A DNA stretch of 64,000 nt from an uncultured Acidimicrobiales bacterium (GTDB lineage Bacteria > Actinomycetota > Acidimicrobiia > Acidimicrobiales > SZUA-35). The DNA lies in assembly GCA_938029215.1 (NCBI GenBank), contig CALHFG010000015.1, forward strand, positions 14,393 through 78,392. Reading direction: 5' to 3'. A program made the position numbers and the translations under genes. Below, piece after piece: positions 17,386 through 27,002 of the stretch (position 1 is its first letter; each line of letters opens with the position of its first letter). The notes under the pieces are model-generated. The model was given only the letters and a program-made list of their open reading frames with translations. It did not search any database and was not told the DNA's origin.

Positions 17386-19521
17386 CTACGGAGCAATGGT
17401 TGGGCCACAGACTGTTGCTACCGAGCTGGCGGTACCGGTACGGGTGACCACCGAATAGGTGTAGGTGTTCCCGGCCGCGATGTTGCTGTCGGTCCACGAC
17501 GTCGCTGCGGGCAGGTCCACTCGTGCCGCCCACGACGGCGTTCCGCCGTTGCGGGAGCGGTAGATGATGAACGCATCAGCGTTGTCGTTGGGGGCGCGTA
17601 CCCAGTCAACTTGACCGTTCCCGCCTACCAAAGCTACCGAACACGATGTGACTGCTACTGGACCGCTGTTGGCGCCAACCAGCACCGAGCCGCATGGTGT
17701 GCGGGTGGTGGCTGATTCGTCGCCGTTGCGGGTGAGTACTTCGTAGGCGTAGGTGTTGTTGATTGAGACGTTGGTGTTGAGGAAGGTGGTGTTGGGTTCT
17801 GGGATGTTGCCGGCCCAGAACATGTTTCCGCCGTTGCGTGATCGGTAGACGATGAAGTTGGTGGCGTTGTCGTTGGGGGCGCGTACCCAGTCGATTTGTA
17901 TTTCGCCGTTTGCGGTTTCGACTGCGGTGCAACTGGTGGGCGCAACCGGCGCAAACACGTCGGCGAGATTGATCGTTGGTGCGCAGGTAACCGGTGGGCT
18001 CGACAGAACTCCACCCGATCGGGTGGCGACGCTATAGGTATAGGAAGGACCAACCTGTGCATTGCTGTCGGTCCAAGTGGTACCGGGGTCGGGCACCGAG
18101 CCGGCCCAGCTGCCATTGCGGAACACTACGTAGTCAGATGCGAAGTCAACGGTGCTCCAGGCGATATCAACCTCGGCCCCGTTAATGGTGGCTGTGCACG
18201 CCGGGGGAGCAGGCGGGGTCATTTGAGGTCCGGCCGCAGGCCCGGGGCCGTTGGAATCACACATACGAACAAGACGGTTCACCGGTGTGCCGTTGTTGAC
18301 CGTCGTCATGTCGCCGCCGAGCCAGAGACAACCGTCGCTCGGGTTCACGTGCAGACCCCAAGGACCAGCCTGCCCTGTCATATCAACGTAGAAGCTGGGG
18401 TCATGGTGACCCGTGGCGGCATCGATTGCGTAGACGCCACGAACCGGATGCTGCGTGGAGTCCGGATGGGGGGTCGACCAGGTCTGAAGGCCGGCGTACT
18501 CATAGTTCCAGTTCCAGCAGTGGCAGCTCACGTACACACGCTGGCCGTCGGGCGAGACCTCGAGGTCCTGGATGTCACCACCGTTGCGGGTCATGTGGGT
18601 GTGCAGGAGGGTAAAGGTTGCCTCGTCGTAGACGTGCACGTTGTGCTGGGAGCCGCCGATGAAGACCTTGTTGTCAGCCCACACGACGTCCTGTTGGTAG
18701 CGTCCGTTGACGTTGGAATTCTGATGAATGTGATACAGGCCCGGCACCGGTGCGCCGGTGGTCCCATCAAGCACGGCGGCGTCGGAACGGTTGCTGTCGC
18801 CGTTGACCGCATCGAAGAACCCGGCGATGTATACCCGATCCATGACAGGACTGGCAGCAACTCCCCAGACGCTGCCGCCGGTGATGATCGGCTTGAACGT
18901 GCTGTCGATCGACCCGGTGTTTACGTTGACCCGGGCCACCTGGGAGGCAGCTTCCTGCGCTCCGTTGAAGGCAATCGTTGAGTACGAGCCGGCAATGTAC
19001 AAGTCGTCGCCAACCAAATCGAAGGCCCGAACAATGGCCGGACCGCCACCCGATACCAGGGTGGGCCACGTCGTATCGATCTCTGCGGTGACCGGGTCCA
19101 GCGCAACAAACGCGTTTCGCGATATCCCGTTCACCTGGGTGAACTCGCCGCCGACGAACAGCCGGGAACCGTCGGGTGAAGCCTGAAGGTTGTAGACCGG
19201 AGCATTGATTGTCGGTCGCCACCAATCGATCCATCGTCCGGTATCTGCGTGAAACGCTGCAAGATAGGGCTGGGGGTAGGTGGTTGGCCCACCCTTGACC
19301 TCGGTGAACATTCCGCCGACGTAGATGACGTTGCCGATTTGCTCGATCGCCCATACCTGGGAGTCGACATTGGTAACGCCGTTGTCCAGACCCGACACCC
19401 CCCACGAGTTGTTGAGGGGTTGGTCGTCGATCTCGGCCGAGGCGACTCCTACAAGAGCCGCCAGCGAAGTGGCTAGCGCGAGCAGAAACATAAGTGCGCG
19501 TGGGAAACGGGAGGATGTCAT
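17386..19521 (-). CDS. secreted beta-propeller repeat protein with three C-terminal Fn3-like modules
   Basis: ATG 19521 gives the signal peptide MTSSRFPRALMFLLALATSLAALVGVASA. The body has repeated ...YVGG.F..V.G......A.D..TG... propeller-type units. Three Cys-bounded modules of about 85-96 aa sit at the C-terminus. Confidence 0.75.
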   Translation of the reverse strand: MTSSRFPRALMFLLALATSLAALVGVASAEIDDQPLNNSWGVSGLDNGVTNVDSQVWAIEQIGNVIYVGGMFTEVKGGPTTYPQPYLAAFHADTGRWIDWWRPTINAPVYNLQASPDGSRLFVGGEFTQVNGISRNAFVALDPVTAEIDTTWPTLVSGGGPAIVRAFDLVGDDLYIAGSYSTIAFNGAQEAASQVARVNVNTGSIDSTFKPIITGGSVWGVAASPVMDRVYIAGFFDAVNGDSNRSDAAVLDGTTGAPVPGLYHIHQNSNVNGRYQQDVVWADNKVFIGGSQHNVHVYDEATFTLLHTHMTRNGGDIQDLEVSPDGQRVYVSCHCWNWNYEYAGLQTWSTPHPDSTQHPVRGVYAIDAATGHHDPSFYVDMTGQAGPWGLHVNPSDGCLWLGGDMTTVNNGTPVNRLVRMCDSNGPGPAAGPQMTPPAPPACTATINGAEVDIAWSTVDFASDYVVFRNGSWAGSVPDPGTTWTDSNAQVGPSYTYSVATRSGGVLSSPPVTCAPTINLADVFAPVAPTSCTAVETANGEIQIDWVRAPNDNATNFIVYRSRNGGNMFWAGNIPEPNTTFLNTNVSINNTYAYEVLTRNGDESATTRTPCGSVLVGANSGPVAVTSCSVALVGGNGQVDWVRAPNDNADAFIIYRSRNGGTPSWAARVDLPAATSWTDSNIAAGNTYTYSVVTRTGTASSVATVCGPTIAP
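17389..18198 (-). repeat. three tandem in-frame Fn3-like coding repeats (about 255, 288 and 267 nt)
   Basis: The modules start with CTATINGAEVDIAW, CTAVETANGEIQIDWVRAPNDNA and CSVALVGGNGQVDWVRAPNDNA. A 27-nt stretch (gttgtcgttgggggcgcgtacccagtc) is identical at 17581..17607 and 17866..17892. Confidence 0.8.
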
Positions 19522-19708
19522 GAAGCTCAGTCCGAGGGGGGAGAAGTTCTGGAACCGGTGGACCTTAAGGTCGCAACCGAAGGTATCGATCTTGCAAATC
19601 GACGTCAACCATGACGCACGTAGAGACACAAGGGTCGCGTGGAGTAGTAATTTGGGCAGATTCACCCATGATTGGCACTGTTTTGAGGTCGTTGTGTCAG
19701 TCCTGGGT

Positions 19709-20599
19709 TTAGCCCGGGGCAATGCTTCGGAAGATCGACCAATCGGTCAAGACGGCACCGGACTGGTGCAGCAAGCTTCGGAATGCCCAATCGTGGGTAA
19801 TAAGGTGCGCGTCTCCTACCCGTGCGGCCCAACTTGGGGTTAGGGCTCGTAGTTCTGAACAGTCCTGTGCGGGACGGGTCACGATCTCGGTGACACCGGG
19901 TTGAAGTTGTCGAAGCGCATCCGATGCGGCTTCTCTGACGTCTCGGCCAGCGGGCGCCTGAATCGTGTGATCCGGCGTCATTACATCTTCCGTCCTCGCC
20001 AGTGCTCGAGCATCAAATCCAAGATCAATCGACGGGTCAGGTAGTCGTACGGGAAGCTTGAACTCGAGCGCGAGCTCGAGCAAGACATCGAAGAATTCGG
20101 GGCGGTATGCCAACGCGTCCAGATGTGAAGTGAGGTACGACGGCGACAGGCCCCACTGGATTGCTCGACCAATTTGGGCACGACACTCACGGATTAGCTC
20201 GGGGGTATCCGCATGTTCAAGCAGGTCCTCAACAGTTGCGGGCAGGGCGCCTGCCCCGTCACTGAGGGAGGGGGCATGTGTAACGGATCCCCATCGGTAG
20301 GTCGCTGGGGCCGAGTTCAGCGTTAGTTCGATACCCAAGGCCGCAGCCAGGGGACCAATTTCGGCTCCACCGCGAGCCCAGGGACACGGTACTTGGATCG
20401 ATGTCGACCGGGCGAGGGGCTGACGGCCTGACTGGGCGACGAGCGCGGTGGCGATCGCCTGGTTTCCGGCATTTGATGCCCCTAAGCCGTCGGCGGTGAT
20501 GATGACCAATCGTTCGTCGGGTTGACGCCCGAGACGTTCCAGCAAGTCGGACACGGTGACAACGCTATCGGTCAGGATCCACTGGCTGATCGGGTCCAT
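19709..20599 (-). CDS. YdjC/ChbG-like carbohydrate deacetylase (divergent)
   Basis: The N-terminal RLVIITADGLGASNAGNQAI resembles the YdjC ADDFG motif. The later SHLDALAY sits where the family His cluster normally is. The start is ATG 20599 (35-nt overlap with the nuclease gene) or GTG 20554. Confidence 0.4.
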   Translation of the reverse strand: MDPISQWILTDSVVTVSDLLERLGRQPDERLVIITADGLGASNAGNQAIATALVAQSGRQPLARSTSIQVPCPWARGGAEIGPLAAALGIELTLNSAPATYRWGSVTHAPSLSDGAGALPATVEDLLEHADTPELIRECRAQIGRAIQWGLSPSYLTSHLDALAYRPEFFDVLLELALEFKLPVRLPDPSIDLGFDARALARTEDVMTPDHTIQAPAGRDVREAASDALRQLQPGVTEIVTRPAQDCSELRALTPSWAARVGDAHLITHDWAFRSLLHQSGAVLTDWSIFRSIAPG

Positions 20600-21110
20600 C
20601 GCACGAGGCCCACAAACCGAGCGGGGCAGAACGCGCACTGTTCCGCAAATCAGTGAACGAACTTCGATAGCTGATGTTCGGCTCGAAGAAGAGCGTGTCG
20701 GCAAAGCCGTTGGCTACGAGCCATTCGTTGACAAAGAGGTTGTCCTCAACCCGGTAGATATAGAGAAGCAGCCGACCGAATCGGTCCCGAGGTTCCACAT
20801 CTCGTTCGATCCTCACTTCAGAGCCAACCGGGAGCAGACCCTTCAACGCCATGGCTGCTTCGGCCCCGAAGCATTGGATCGGGGTATCTCGGCTTACTGA
20901 TTCGGGCGTGTCGACCCCGATCAGACGGACTCGTTCCTGTTCGCCGGCAACGATCAGATCTACGGTGTCGCCGTCGATCACCCATTCGACGGTGGCAGTT
21001 CCAGCTGGCGTGGCCGTGGGGGCGTCGGCGGGGGCGTCGGTCAATATGAAGAACGCAACTGCAGCTGTTGCGAGCACCACAAGTACACCGATGAGACGGA
21101 GAACCTTCAC
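20565..21110 (-). CDS. membrane-anchored thermonuclease (SNase family)
   Basis: There is an N-terminal TM helix. SNase blocks are VIDGDTVDL, RVRLIGVDTPE, FGAEA, DRFGRLLLYIY, NEWLVANGFA and LGLW. Confidence 0.85.
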   Translation of the reverse strand: MKVLRLIGVLVVLATAAVAFFILTDAPADAPTATPAGTATVEWVIDGDTVDLIVAGEQERVRLIGVDTPESVSRDTPIQCFGAEAAMALKGLLPVGSEVRIERDVEPRDRFGRLLLYIYRVEDNLFVNEWLVANGFADTLFFEPNISYRSSFTDLRNSARSAPLGLWASCDGPDQPVDPDR

Positions 21111-21127
21111 GGTTCCAGTGTGCCCGG

Positions 21128-21328
21128 TCAGGCAGCTACCGGATGGCGAAGGTCATGCTCGGAGCTGAAGTCGAGTGCGAGTTCCTGCTGGGCAGGCCCC
21201 TGCACCTTGGCCTCGAGGACGGCTCGGACCCGGGCGAGGCCAACCTTGCCAACCTGGCGAGTTTCTGGGGTGAGTTCCCACGGGTAGGGGTTGGTGCGGG
21301 CGATGCGGAGGTGAGTGGTGCGCTGCAT
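21128..21328 (-). CDS. small hypothetical protein (66 aa)
   Basis: An ATG ORF (MQRTTHLRIARTNPYPWELTPETRQVGKVGLARVRAVLEA...) ends 17 nt upstream of the nuclease start. I recognise no family. Confidence 0.35.
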   Translation of the reverse strand: MQRTTHLRIARTNPYPWELTPETRQVGKVGLARVRAVLEAKVQGPAQQELALDFSSEHDLRHPVAA

Positions 21329-21394
21329 GTATTCATGATGCAGAAGGGGTGTGACAGTATTGTTTTTCCTGGTCACAGAATGGGCGTTGGCAGA

Positions 21395-21433
21395 GCAAAA
21401 ACGAAACACCCACCTGGTAAGACCAGGTGGGTG
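21395..21433 (-). terminator. intrinsic terminator after dctM
   Basis: An 11-bp stem CACCCACCTGG/CCAGGTGGGTG has a 5-nt loop. On the minus strand it is followed by TTTCGTTTTTGC. It lies 26 nt downstream of the dctM stop. Confidence 0.65.
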
Positions 21434-21458
21434 CGCCGAGGAGAGAACTTGCGTATCG

Positions 21459-22748
21459 CTAGTTCGATATGACCCTTGGAAGCCAAAGGGCGATGTCGGG
21501 GATCAAGACCACCAGGACCAAACCGACGACCTGGAGGGCCATGAATTGGAACATGCCGGCATAGATGTCCTTGAGATCCCAGTGCGGGGCAACACCCTTG
21601 AGGAAGTACGCCGACAGAGCCACTGGAGGAGAGAGCCACGCGGTCTGCAGCGTTACCGCCACGAGGATGCCGAACCACAGCTTGTTGATTCCGTACTCTT
21701 CCACGACCGGGAGGAGAATAGGCACGAAGATCAAGACGATCGGTACCCACTCGAGCGGCCATGCGAGAATGAAGATCAGCGCAAGGATCAAGAACAGCAT
21801 GATGTAGACGTTCAGTTGGAGATCAACCAAGGCGTCAGCCATCCAGCCGGCTGTACCAGCGGTGGAGAAGACTGCGCCAAAGAAGTTCGACGCCACCACA
21901 AGAATCATGATCATCGAGGTAGTGGAGAGCGTTGCCCGAAGACTGCTCGTCATCATCCTCATGCTCATGTTGCCGGTGACCGCAGCAAGCAGGAAGGCGC
22001 CAAGGGCACCCATTGCGGACGCTTCGGTAGCGGTGGCCCAACCACCAAGGATTGATCCAAGGGTTGCCACGATGAGCACCAACGGAGGGAGGATGCCGAG
22101 GGCGATCTCTGGAATGAGGGCCGCACCGCGAATGGTGCGCTCAGATTCCGCCAGCGGCGGTCCCAACGTTGGGTCCTTGAATGACCGGAACAACGTGTAG
22201 GCGATGTACAGGCCAGACAGGATAAATCCTGGGAAGATGGCTGCTGCAAACAAGTCGAGAACGCTCTCACCAAGCTGGGGACCCATCACCACGAGCATGA
22301 TGCTCGGGGGGATCAGGATGCCCAGCGTTCCGCCGGCAGTGATTGCGCCAGCGGAGAGGCGAGTGTCGTACCCACTCTTGGTCATCGACGGAATAGCCAT
22401 GAGGCCGATCAAGGTCACCGATGCACCCACGATTCCGGTGGCGGCTGCGAAGATCGTTGCCGCGGAAATCACCGCCAGGTACAGCGAACCTCGAAGGTTT
22501 GCCATCGACAGTTGCAACGCCCGGAACAGCCGGTCCATCAAGCCTGCCTGTTCCAGCAGATATCCCATAAAGACAAACAGCGGGATAGCTGCCAGCGTCA
22601 CCTCGTCCATTGTTCCGAACGACTGCAACGTGAACAGATTGAAGACGGAGTCTCCCAGAGCCCAGAAACCAAAGGCGAAACTGACTACCAGCAGCGTTTG
22701 GGCAATAGGGAACCCGAGAACGATCGCTCCGAAGAGCGTGAAGAGCAT
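21459..22748 (-). CDS. dctM: TRAP transporter large permease
   Basis: The polytopic protein has typical DctM-family blocks. ATG 22748 lies 16 nt after the dctQ stop. The track start 22808 would overlap dctQ by 44 nt. Confidence 0.85.
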   Translation of the reverse strand: MLFTLFGAIVLGFPIAQTLLVVSFAFGFWALGDSVFNLFTLQSFGTMDEVTLAAIPLFVFMGYLLEQAGLMDRLFRALQLSMANLRGSLYLAVISAATIFAAATGIVGASVTLIGLMAIPSMTKSGYDTRLSAGAITAGGTLGILIPPSIMLVVMGPQLGESVLDLFAAAIFPGFILSGLYIAYTLFRSFKDPTLGPPLAESERTIRGAALIPEIALGILPPLVLIVATLGSILGGWATATEASAMGALGAFLLAAVTGNMSMRMMTSSLRATLSTTSMIMILVVASNFFGAVFSTAGTAGWMADALVDLQLNVYIMLFLILALIFILAWPLEWVPIVLIFVPILLPVVEEYGINKLWFGILVAVTLQTAWLSPPVALSAYFLKGVAPHWDLKDIYAGMFQFMALQVVGLVLVVLIPDIALWLPRVISN

Positions 22749-22764
22749 CAACAGCCCTATGAAT

Positions 22765-23373
22765 TCACCCTCCAATTGGTGGCTCCCATTCTCCCTTGTT
22801 GTACGCACGCCAGGACTTCACGAGCTCCGAGATCGATTGCAGCGTCCACAGGCCGAGGCCAAGGGGCAACATCATCTTCAGAGGCCAGATCGGACCTCGC
22901 CACGGACTTTGAATAACTCGTTCCCGACGCTCGAATGACGTCCACCCGAAATCCCACGCCACCCAGCAGGCGACGAGCATCACGGGAATGAACACCAGTG
23001 CGTAGGTGAGCATGTCGGCCAACGCTTGCTTCTTCACGCTCCAATTGCGGTACATGAAGTCGGTTCGGATATGACCGCTGTTCTTCAACGTGTAGGCCGA
23101 ACCGATGAGGAAGTGTGTGGCGTAGATCATGTACGCAATGTCCTGGGCCCAGCGCAGTGACTGGCCAAAGAGCTTGCGGGAGATCACCTCACCAGCAAGG
23201 ACTGCCATGAGTGGCAGGACGAGCCAAGCAACGGCTCGTCCTGTCCACTCACTGATTGCAGCAATCCAAGGGATATTGCCACCGTCGGTATTCCACGGTT
23301 CGGCAATGCCCTCTGCTTCTTCATCGACCTCGACGCCGTATCTAGCGGCTACTTCGTGGTCGGTTGAGGTCAC
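22765..23373 (-). CDS. dctQ: TRAP transporter small permease
   Basis: The protein is about 200 aa with 4 hydrophobic helices, and sits between the dctP and dctM homologues. The GTGA start/stop overlap with dctP suggests translational coupling. Confidence 0.75.
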   Translation of the reverse strand: MTSTDHEVAARYGVEVDEEAEGIAEPWNTDGGNIPWIAAISEWTGRAVAWLVLPLMAVLAGEVISRKLFGQSLRWAQDIAYMIYATHFLIGSAYTLKNSGHIRTDFMYRNWSVKKQALADMLTYALVFIPVMLVACWVAWDFGWTSFERRERVIQSPWRGPIWPLKMMLPLGLGLWTLQSISELVKSWRAYNKGEWEPPIGG

Positions 23374-24617
23374 GGAGTGATGCCAACCTTCTCCGGGTAG
23401 TAGGTCTCACCGATGTTCTGGTAGAGCTCGGTGATGGTGAGGCGGTACGGCATTACCGCGTCGGCGTAGGCCTGCTGGCTGTCACGCACCTCCTTGAAGA
23501 AGGCGTCGCTGCTCTCAAGTTCTGCAGCCACCGTGTTCCATGCGTCGATGAACTCGCCGTAGAACTCTGGCGGGGTGCTGTAGATGTTGATGCCTTGAGC
23601 CTGGTAGTCGGCAACAGCCTGGGCGTTCACCGTGATCGAGAGCGTCTGGCACTCGACGATGGTGGCCTGGGTGGCCGCAACGATGATGGCTTCAAGGTCG
23701 GAGGGCAGTGCGTCCCACCAGTCCATGTTGAACAGCAGCTCACCAATGTCGGTGGACTGGTGCAGACCTTGCAGGTAGTAGTTGTCCCAGACGTCGGACA
23801 GGCCGAGGGCCTGGTCGTCAGCGGGGGAGATCCACTCGGCGCCTTCGATGATGCCGGACTGAGCGGAAGGAACAATGTCGCCGCCGCCCATGGCGATGGC
23901 TTCGAAGCCCAGCTCGTTGAAGGTCAAGCCGGGTAGGCCTGGGGGTGAACGGAACTTGAGGCCCTGAACGTCAGCAACGCTGGTGATGGGCTCGCTGAAC
24001 CAACCGAAGGGGTCTGGACCCATGGGGCAGACCGGAAGCGGCTTCACGTTCACGCCGATGTCGTCGGTGTACAGGCGCTCGTACAGGTCGAGGCCACCAC
24101 CGTCATACATCCATGCCAGCGAGGTCATCTGGTCCATGCCAGTGGAACCTACGGGTGGGTTGGAGAACAGTGCTGCGGAGTCGCTCTTGCCGGTCCAGTA
24201 ATTGGACCACGCCATGCCGACCGGAACAACCGAGCCGTCGACGGCGTCGAGGATCTCGAGGGCGCCAACGACACCACCGGAAGGCACGACCTCGGCTTTG
24301 AGACGTCCACCGGACATCACATCGAGGCGCTCGCCCCACTGCACGATTTCTGCGTGGTACACCGACGAGGCTGGTACGCCGGTCTGGACGGTGAACTCCA
24401 GGACCTCCCCTGATCCCTGGGTTGGGGTGACTTCGACTTCGCCGTCGTCGCCGTCATCGCCACCGTCGCCGGAATCGCCGTCGTCGCTGGAAGAGGTGTT
24501 TGCTGGTGCGCTCTCATCGATTGCACCGCCGGTACATGCGGCTGCACCGAGCCCCAGTGCGAAGAGCACTGACAGAAGCCGGAGCAGTTTGCCCCTGGCA
24601 GAAGTTGGACGGATCAT
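23370..24617 (-). CDS. dctP: TRAP transporter substrate-binding lipoprotein
   Basis: The lipobox is LGLGAAAC. An acidic Ser/Asp/Gly linker follows, then a DctP-like periplasmic binding domain. Confidence 0.75.
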   Translation of the reverse strand: MIRPTSARGKLLRLLSVLFALGLGAAACTGGAIDESAPANTSSSDDGDSGDGGDDGDDGEVEVTPTQGSGEVLEFTVQTGVPASSVYHAEIVQWGERLDVMSGGRLKAEVVPSGGVVGALEILDAVDGSVVPVGMAWSNYWTGKSDSAALFSNPPVGSTGMDQMTSLAWMYDGGGLDLYERLYTDDIGVNVKPLPVCPMGPDPFGWFSEPITSVADVQGLKFRSPPGLPGLTFNELGFEAIAMGGGDIVPSAQSGIIEGAEWISPADDQALGLSDVWDNYYLQGLHQSTDIGELLFNMDWWDALPSDLEAIIVAATQATIVECQTLSITVNAQAVADYQAQGINIYSTPPEFYGEFIDAWNTVAAELESSDAFFKEVRDSQQAYADAVMPYRLTITELYQNIGETYYPEKVGITP

Positions 24618-24725
24618 TGTGGTTCCCCTCGTTAGTTAGTGAAATGGCCAACGGGCCGGCGATGGCATGTGGTTCCGTTCTCTGCAACGCTAAGAGGCGA
24701 CAAAATTGGTGTCCTCCCCTGTGCG

Positions 24726-24740
24726 TTCCACATAGTGGAA
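24726..24740. promoter_or_regulatory. candidate IclR-type operator (perfect inverted repeat)
   Basis: TTCCAC-ATA-GTGGAA lies in the relatively AT-rich divergent region between dctP (start 24617) and iclR (start 24834). Confidence 0.35.
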
Positions 24741-24833
24741 TGCCGATACCAATCTGAGTTAAACTTGCATAGGTGCGGACGAAAGTCAATCGAATCTGGT
24801 GACGATCGGCACATTCTTAGAGGGGTTACAAAA

Positions 24834-25646
24834 ATGGCAGCTTCTACAGATACCGCACCGGCGGGTACGCAAGCGGTTTCGAGAGCATTCGACATCTTGG
24901 AGTGTTTCCTCGAGCGTCGCGAGATGGGGGTTTCTGCGATCGCCGAGCGGTGTGAGCTCAGCCCCAGTACCACCCATCGACTGGTGCGAGCCCTCGTAGC
25001 TCGGGGCTACCTGGAGCAAGATCCGCGATCCGAGCGCTATCGGCTTGGCCGTAGTGCGCTCGTCATTGGTCAGGCCGGGCGAAAGGCGTTCGGAGTCGAT
25101 AGTGCGCTGCCGATCCTGCGACGATTTGGCCGGGAGACTGGCGAATCGGTGAACTTGGGCCTTCTCGATCATGCCGACGTCGTTGTGGCAATTCGCGTCG
25201 AGTCGGTTCACCCGCTGCGCTTTGACCAGCCGGTCGGTAGTCGCATTCCGGTGCATTGCTCTTCGATGGGGAAAGCGCTTCTGGCCTTCGACGCACCGAA
25301 CGGCCCCTTAGTGCTTTCCGACCTGGATCTGTCTCAGTCAACGCCCAACTCGATCGGCACGATCGAGGAGCTCCGTATCGAGTTGGATGAAGTTCGGCAG
25401 CAGGGTTTCAGCACAGATGACGAAGAGAGCATCCTCGGCGTGTCCTGTATCGGAGCGCCGGTGCTGGATGGCACGGGGCGGGCGGTTGCCGCAATTGCGG
25501 TCCAGGCGCCAACGGCGCGCATGTCGGCCGAGCGAAGGCTCGAGCTGCAATCCCGGATCGTCGAAGTCGCAAATGAGGCGGCCGCCGCGCTCGTGGTTGA
25601 TGGAGCGTGGGTTTCGGCCCCGCTCAATCGGGTCACCAGTAAGTGA
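24834..25646 (+). CDS. IclR family transcriptional regulator
   Basis: ATG 24834 gives [25 protein letters not shown], followed by a wHTH ([23 protein letters not shown]). The C-terminal IclR effector domain includes [16 protein letters not shown]. Confidence 0.85.
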   Translation: MAASTDTAPAGTQAVSRAFDILECFLERREMGVSAIAERCELSPSTTHRLVRALVARGYLEQDPRSERYRLGRSALVIGQAGRKAFGVDSALPILRRFGRETGESVNLGLLDHADVVVAIRVESVHPLRFDQPVGSRIPVHCSSMGKALLAFDAPNGPLVLSDLDLSQSTPNSIGTIEELRIELDEVRQQGFSTDDEESILGVSCIGAPVLDGTGRAVAAIAVQAPTARMSAERRLELQSRIVEVANEAAAALVVDGAWVSAPLNRVTSK

Positions 25647-26940
25647 GAGCCGACTCGTAGAGCTCGGTGAGTTCCTCGCGCTGGATGTCGATCGGGGCGT
25701 TGTCGAGAAGGCGCCGCTGCGGGAGCGAGCCGTTGACGAGGTCGGGAATATCGCTTGCCTCGTATCCAACACCGAGCAACCCGTTGGGCATGTTGCTGGC
25801 CCGCATCAGCTTGACGATTTGGTCAGCGAGAAGATCTCCCGCATCAGCATCAGATGCGTCCGAGGTGTCCGCGCCGAGCCAGCGGGCACCTTCCAAGTGC
25901 CTCGTCGGGTCGCCCACCGCGGTCTTGCGGAAGACCGCAGGCGAGTTGACGATGACACTCATGCCGTGGGGCACGATTGGTTCGCCCAGGGGATAGCCGT
26001 CCGGATTGAAGTTCTTCGCCATGCCGGCGACGCTGTAGCTCATGCCGTGAGGCACGTGGCAGCCGGCGTTGCCGAACGCGATGCCGGCGAGCGTGGCGGC
26101 CCACATGACCTGATGGCGTGCTTCCACATCTTCGGCGCTATCGACGGCGCGGACCAGGTACTTGCCCATCAGTTTGAGGGCTTCCTTGCAACCCAGGTCG
26201 CTCCAGGGATTCGCCCCCTGACTCGAAGGACGAAGCGAAGGACTGCTAGGTGCGGGACGTACGTGGTAGTGCCGGGCGGTATAGCTCTCCAGGGCATGGC
26301 TGAGGACGTCGAAGGCGCTGGCGGCCACCACGTTGGGCGGAAGCGTGAGCGTCACGGAGGGATCGATGAGGGCCCGGGTTGGTCGGATCATCTTGGATGC
26401 GATCCCGGTCTTTGCCTTCATGGCCAAGAGGTCGAAGACGGCGATGCCGGTGCATTCACTGCCGGTGCCCGACGTGGTCGGGCAGGCGATGTGCGGCTTC
26501 AGGGGACCGGGCACGGGGGTGCCGTCGCCAATTGGCGCGTTGACGTAGGTGAGGAACTCGGCGGGGTGAGTGCTGTACAGGTTTGCTGCCTTGGTTGTGT
26601 CGATCACCGAGCCACCACCGACCGAAATGAACCCGTCGACCCTGGCGTCGATCGCAAACTTGGTAGCGGCTTGGAAGGACTCGTCGGTGGGTTCGACCCT
26701 GACGTCGTCATAACGCGCAACGTCAACCCCGGCCGCCTTAAGCGAGTCTTCAACCTTCGCCACGTGCTCTGAGGTGGCGAGCACGGGGTCGGTCATCAGT
26801 GCGATTCGCTTGATGCCAAGATGGGCTGCGATGTCTCCCGCCTCGCTCAGGCATCCATCACCGTAGGTAATGGTTGACGCATCGACGTTGAAGGCGGTAT
26901 CGCCCTGGGCGAGTTCGAGTTCGGTGTGGCAGCATGACAT
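25633..26940 (-). CDS. iron-containing alcohol dehydrogenase family, hydroxyacid-oxoacid transhydrogenase (HOT/ADHFE1)-like
   Basis: From ATG 26940, these blocks resemble animal ADHFE1 as I recall it: [100 protein letters not shown] and LGADT. Confidence 0.75.
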   Translation of the reverse strand: MSCCHTELELAQGDTAFNVDASTITYGDGCLSEAGDIAAHLGIKRIALMTDPVLATSEHVAKVEDSLKAAGVDVARYDDVRVEPTDESFQAATKFAIDARVDGFISVGGGSVIDTTKAANLYSTHPAEFLTYVNAPIGDGTPVPGPLKPHIACPTTSGTGSECTGIAVFDLLAMKAKTGIASKMIRPTRALIDPSVTLTLPPNVVAASAFDVLSHALESYTARHYHVRPAPSSPSLRPSSQGANPWSDLGCKEALKLMGKYLVRAVDSAEDVEARHQVMWAATLAGIAFGNAGCHVPHGMSYSVAGMAKNFNPDGYPLGEPIVPHGMSVIVNSPAVFRKTAVGDPTRHLEGARWLGADTSDASDADAGDLLADQIVKLMRASNMPNGLLGVGYEASDIPDLVNGSLPQRRLLDNAPIDIQREELTELYESALTYW

Positions 26941-27002
26941 CAGATTCCCCTTTGCGGCTTCTTGAGTTAGTGGATCTAACCACATGCTGGCATGATGCAG
27001 CA

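Noticed and set aside
17896-18981. 361-aa plus-strand ORF, plus several others at 17606..19405
   Set aside because: They are antisense or out of frame relative to the secreted propeller gene. That gene has a signal peptide, repeat structure and high GC3. The composition of these ORFs is Arg/Gly/His-rich junk.
25387-26772. 461-aa plus-strand ORF
   Set aside because: It is antisense to the HOT-like dehydrogenase, whose many family motifs identify the real frame.
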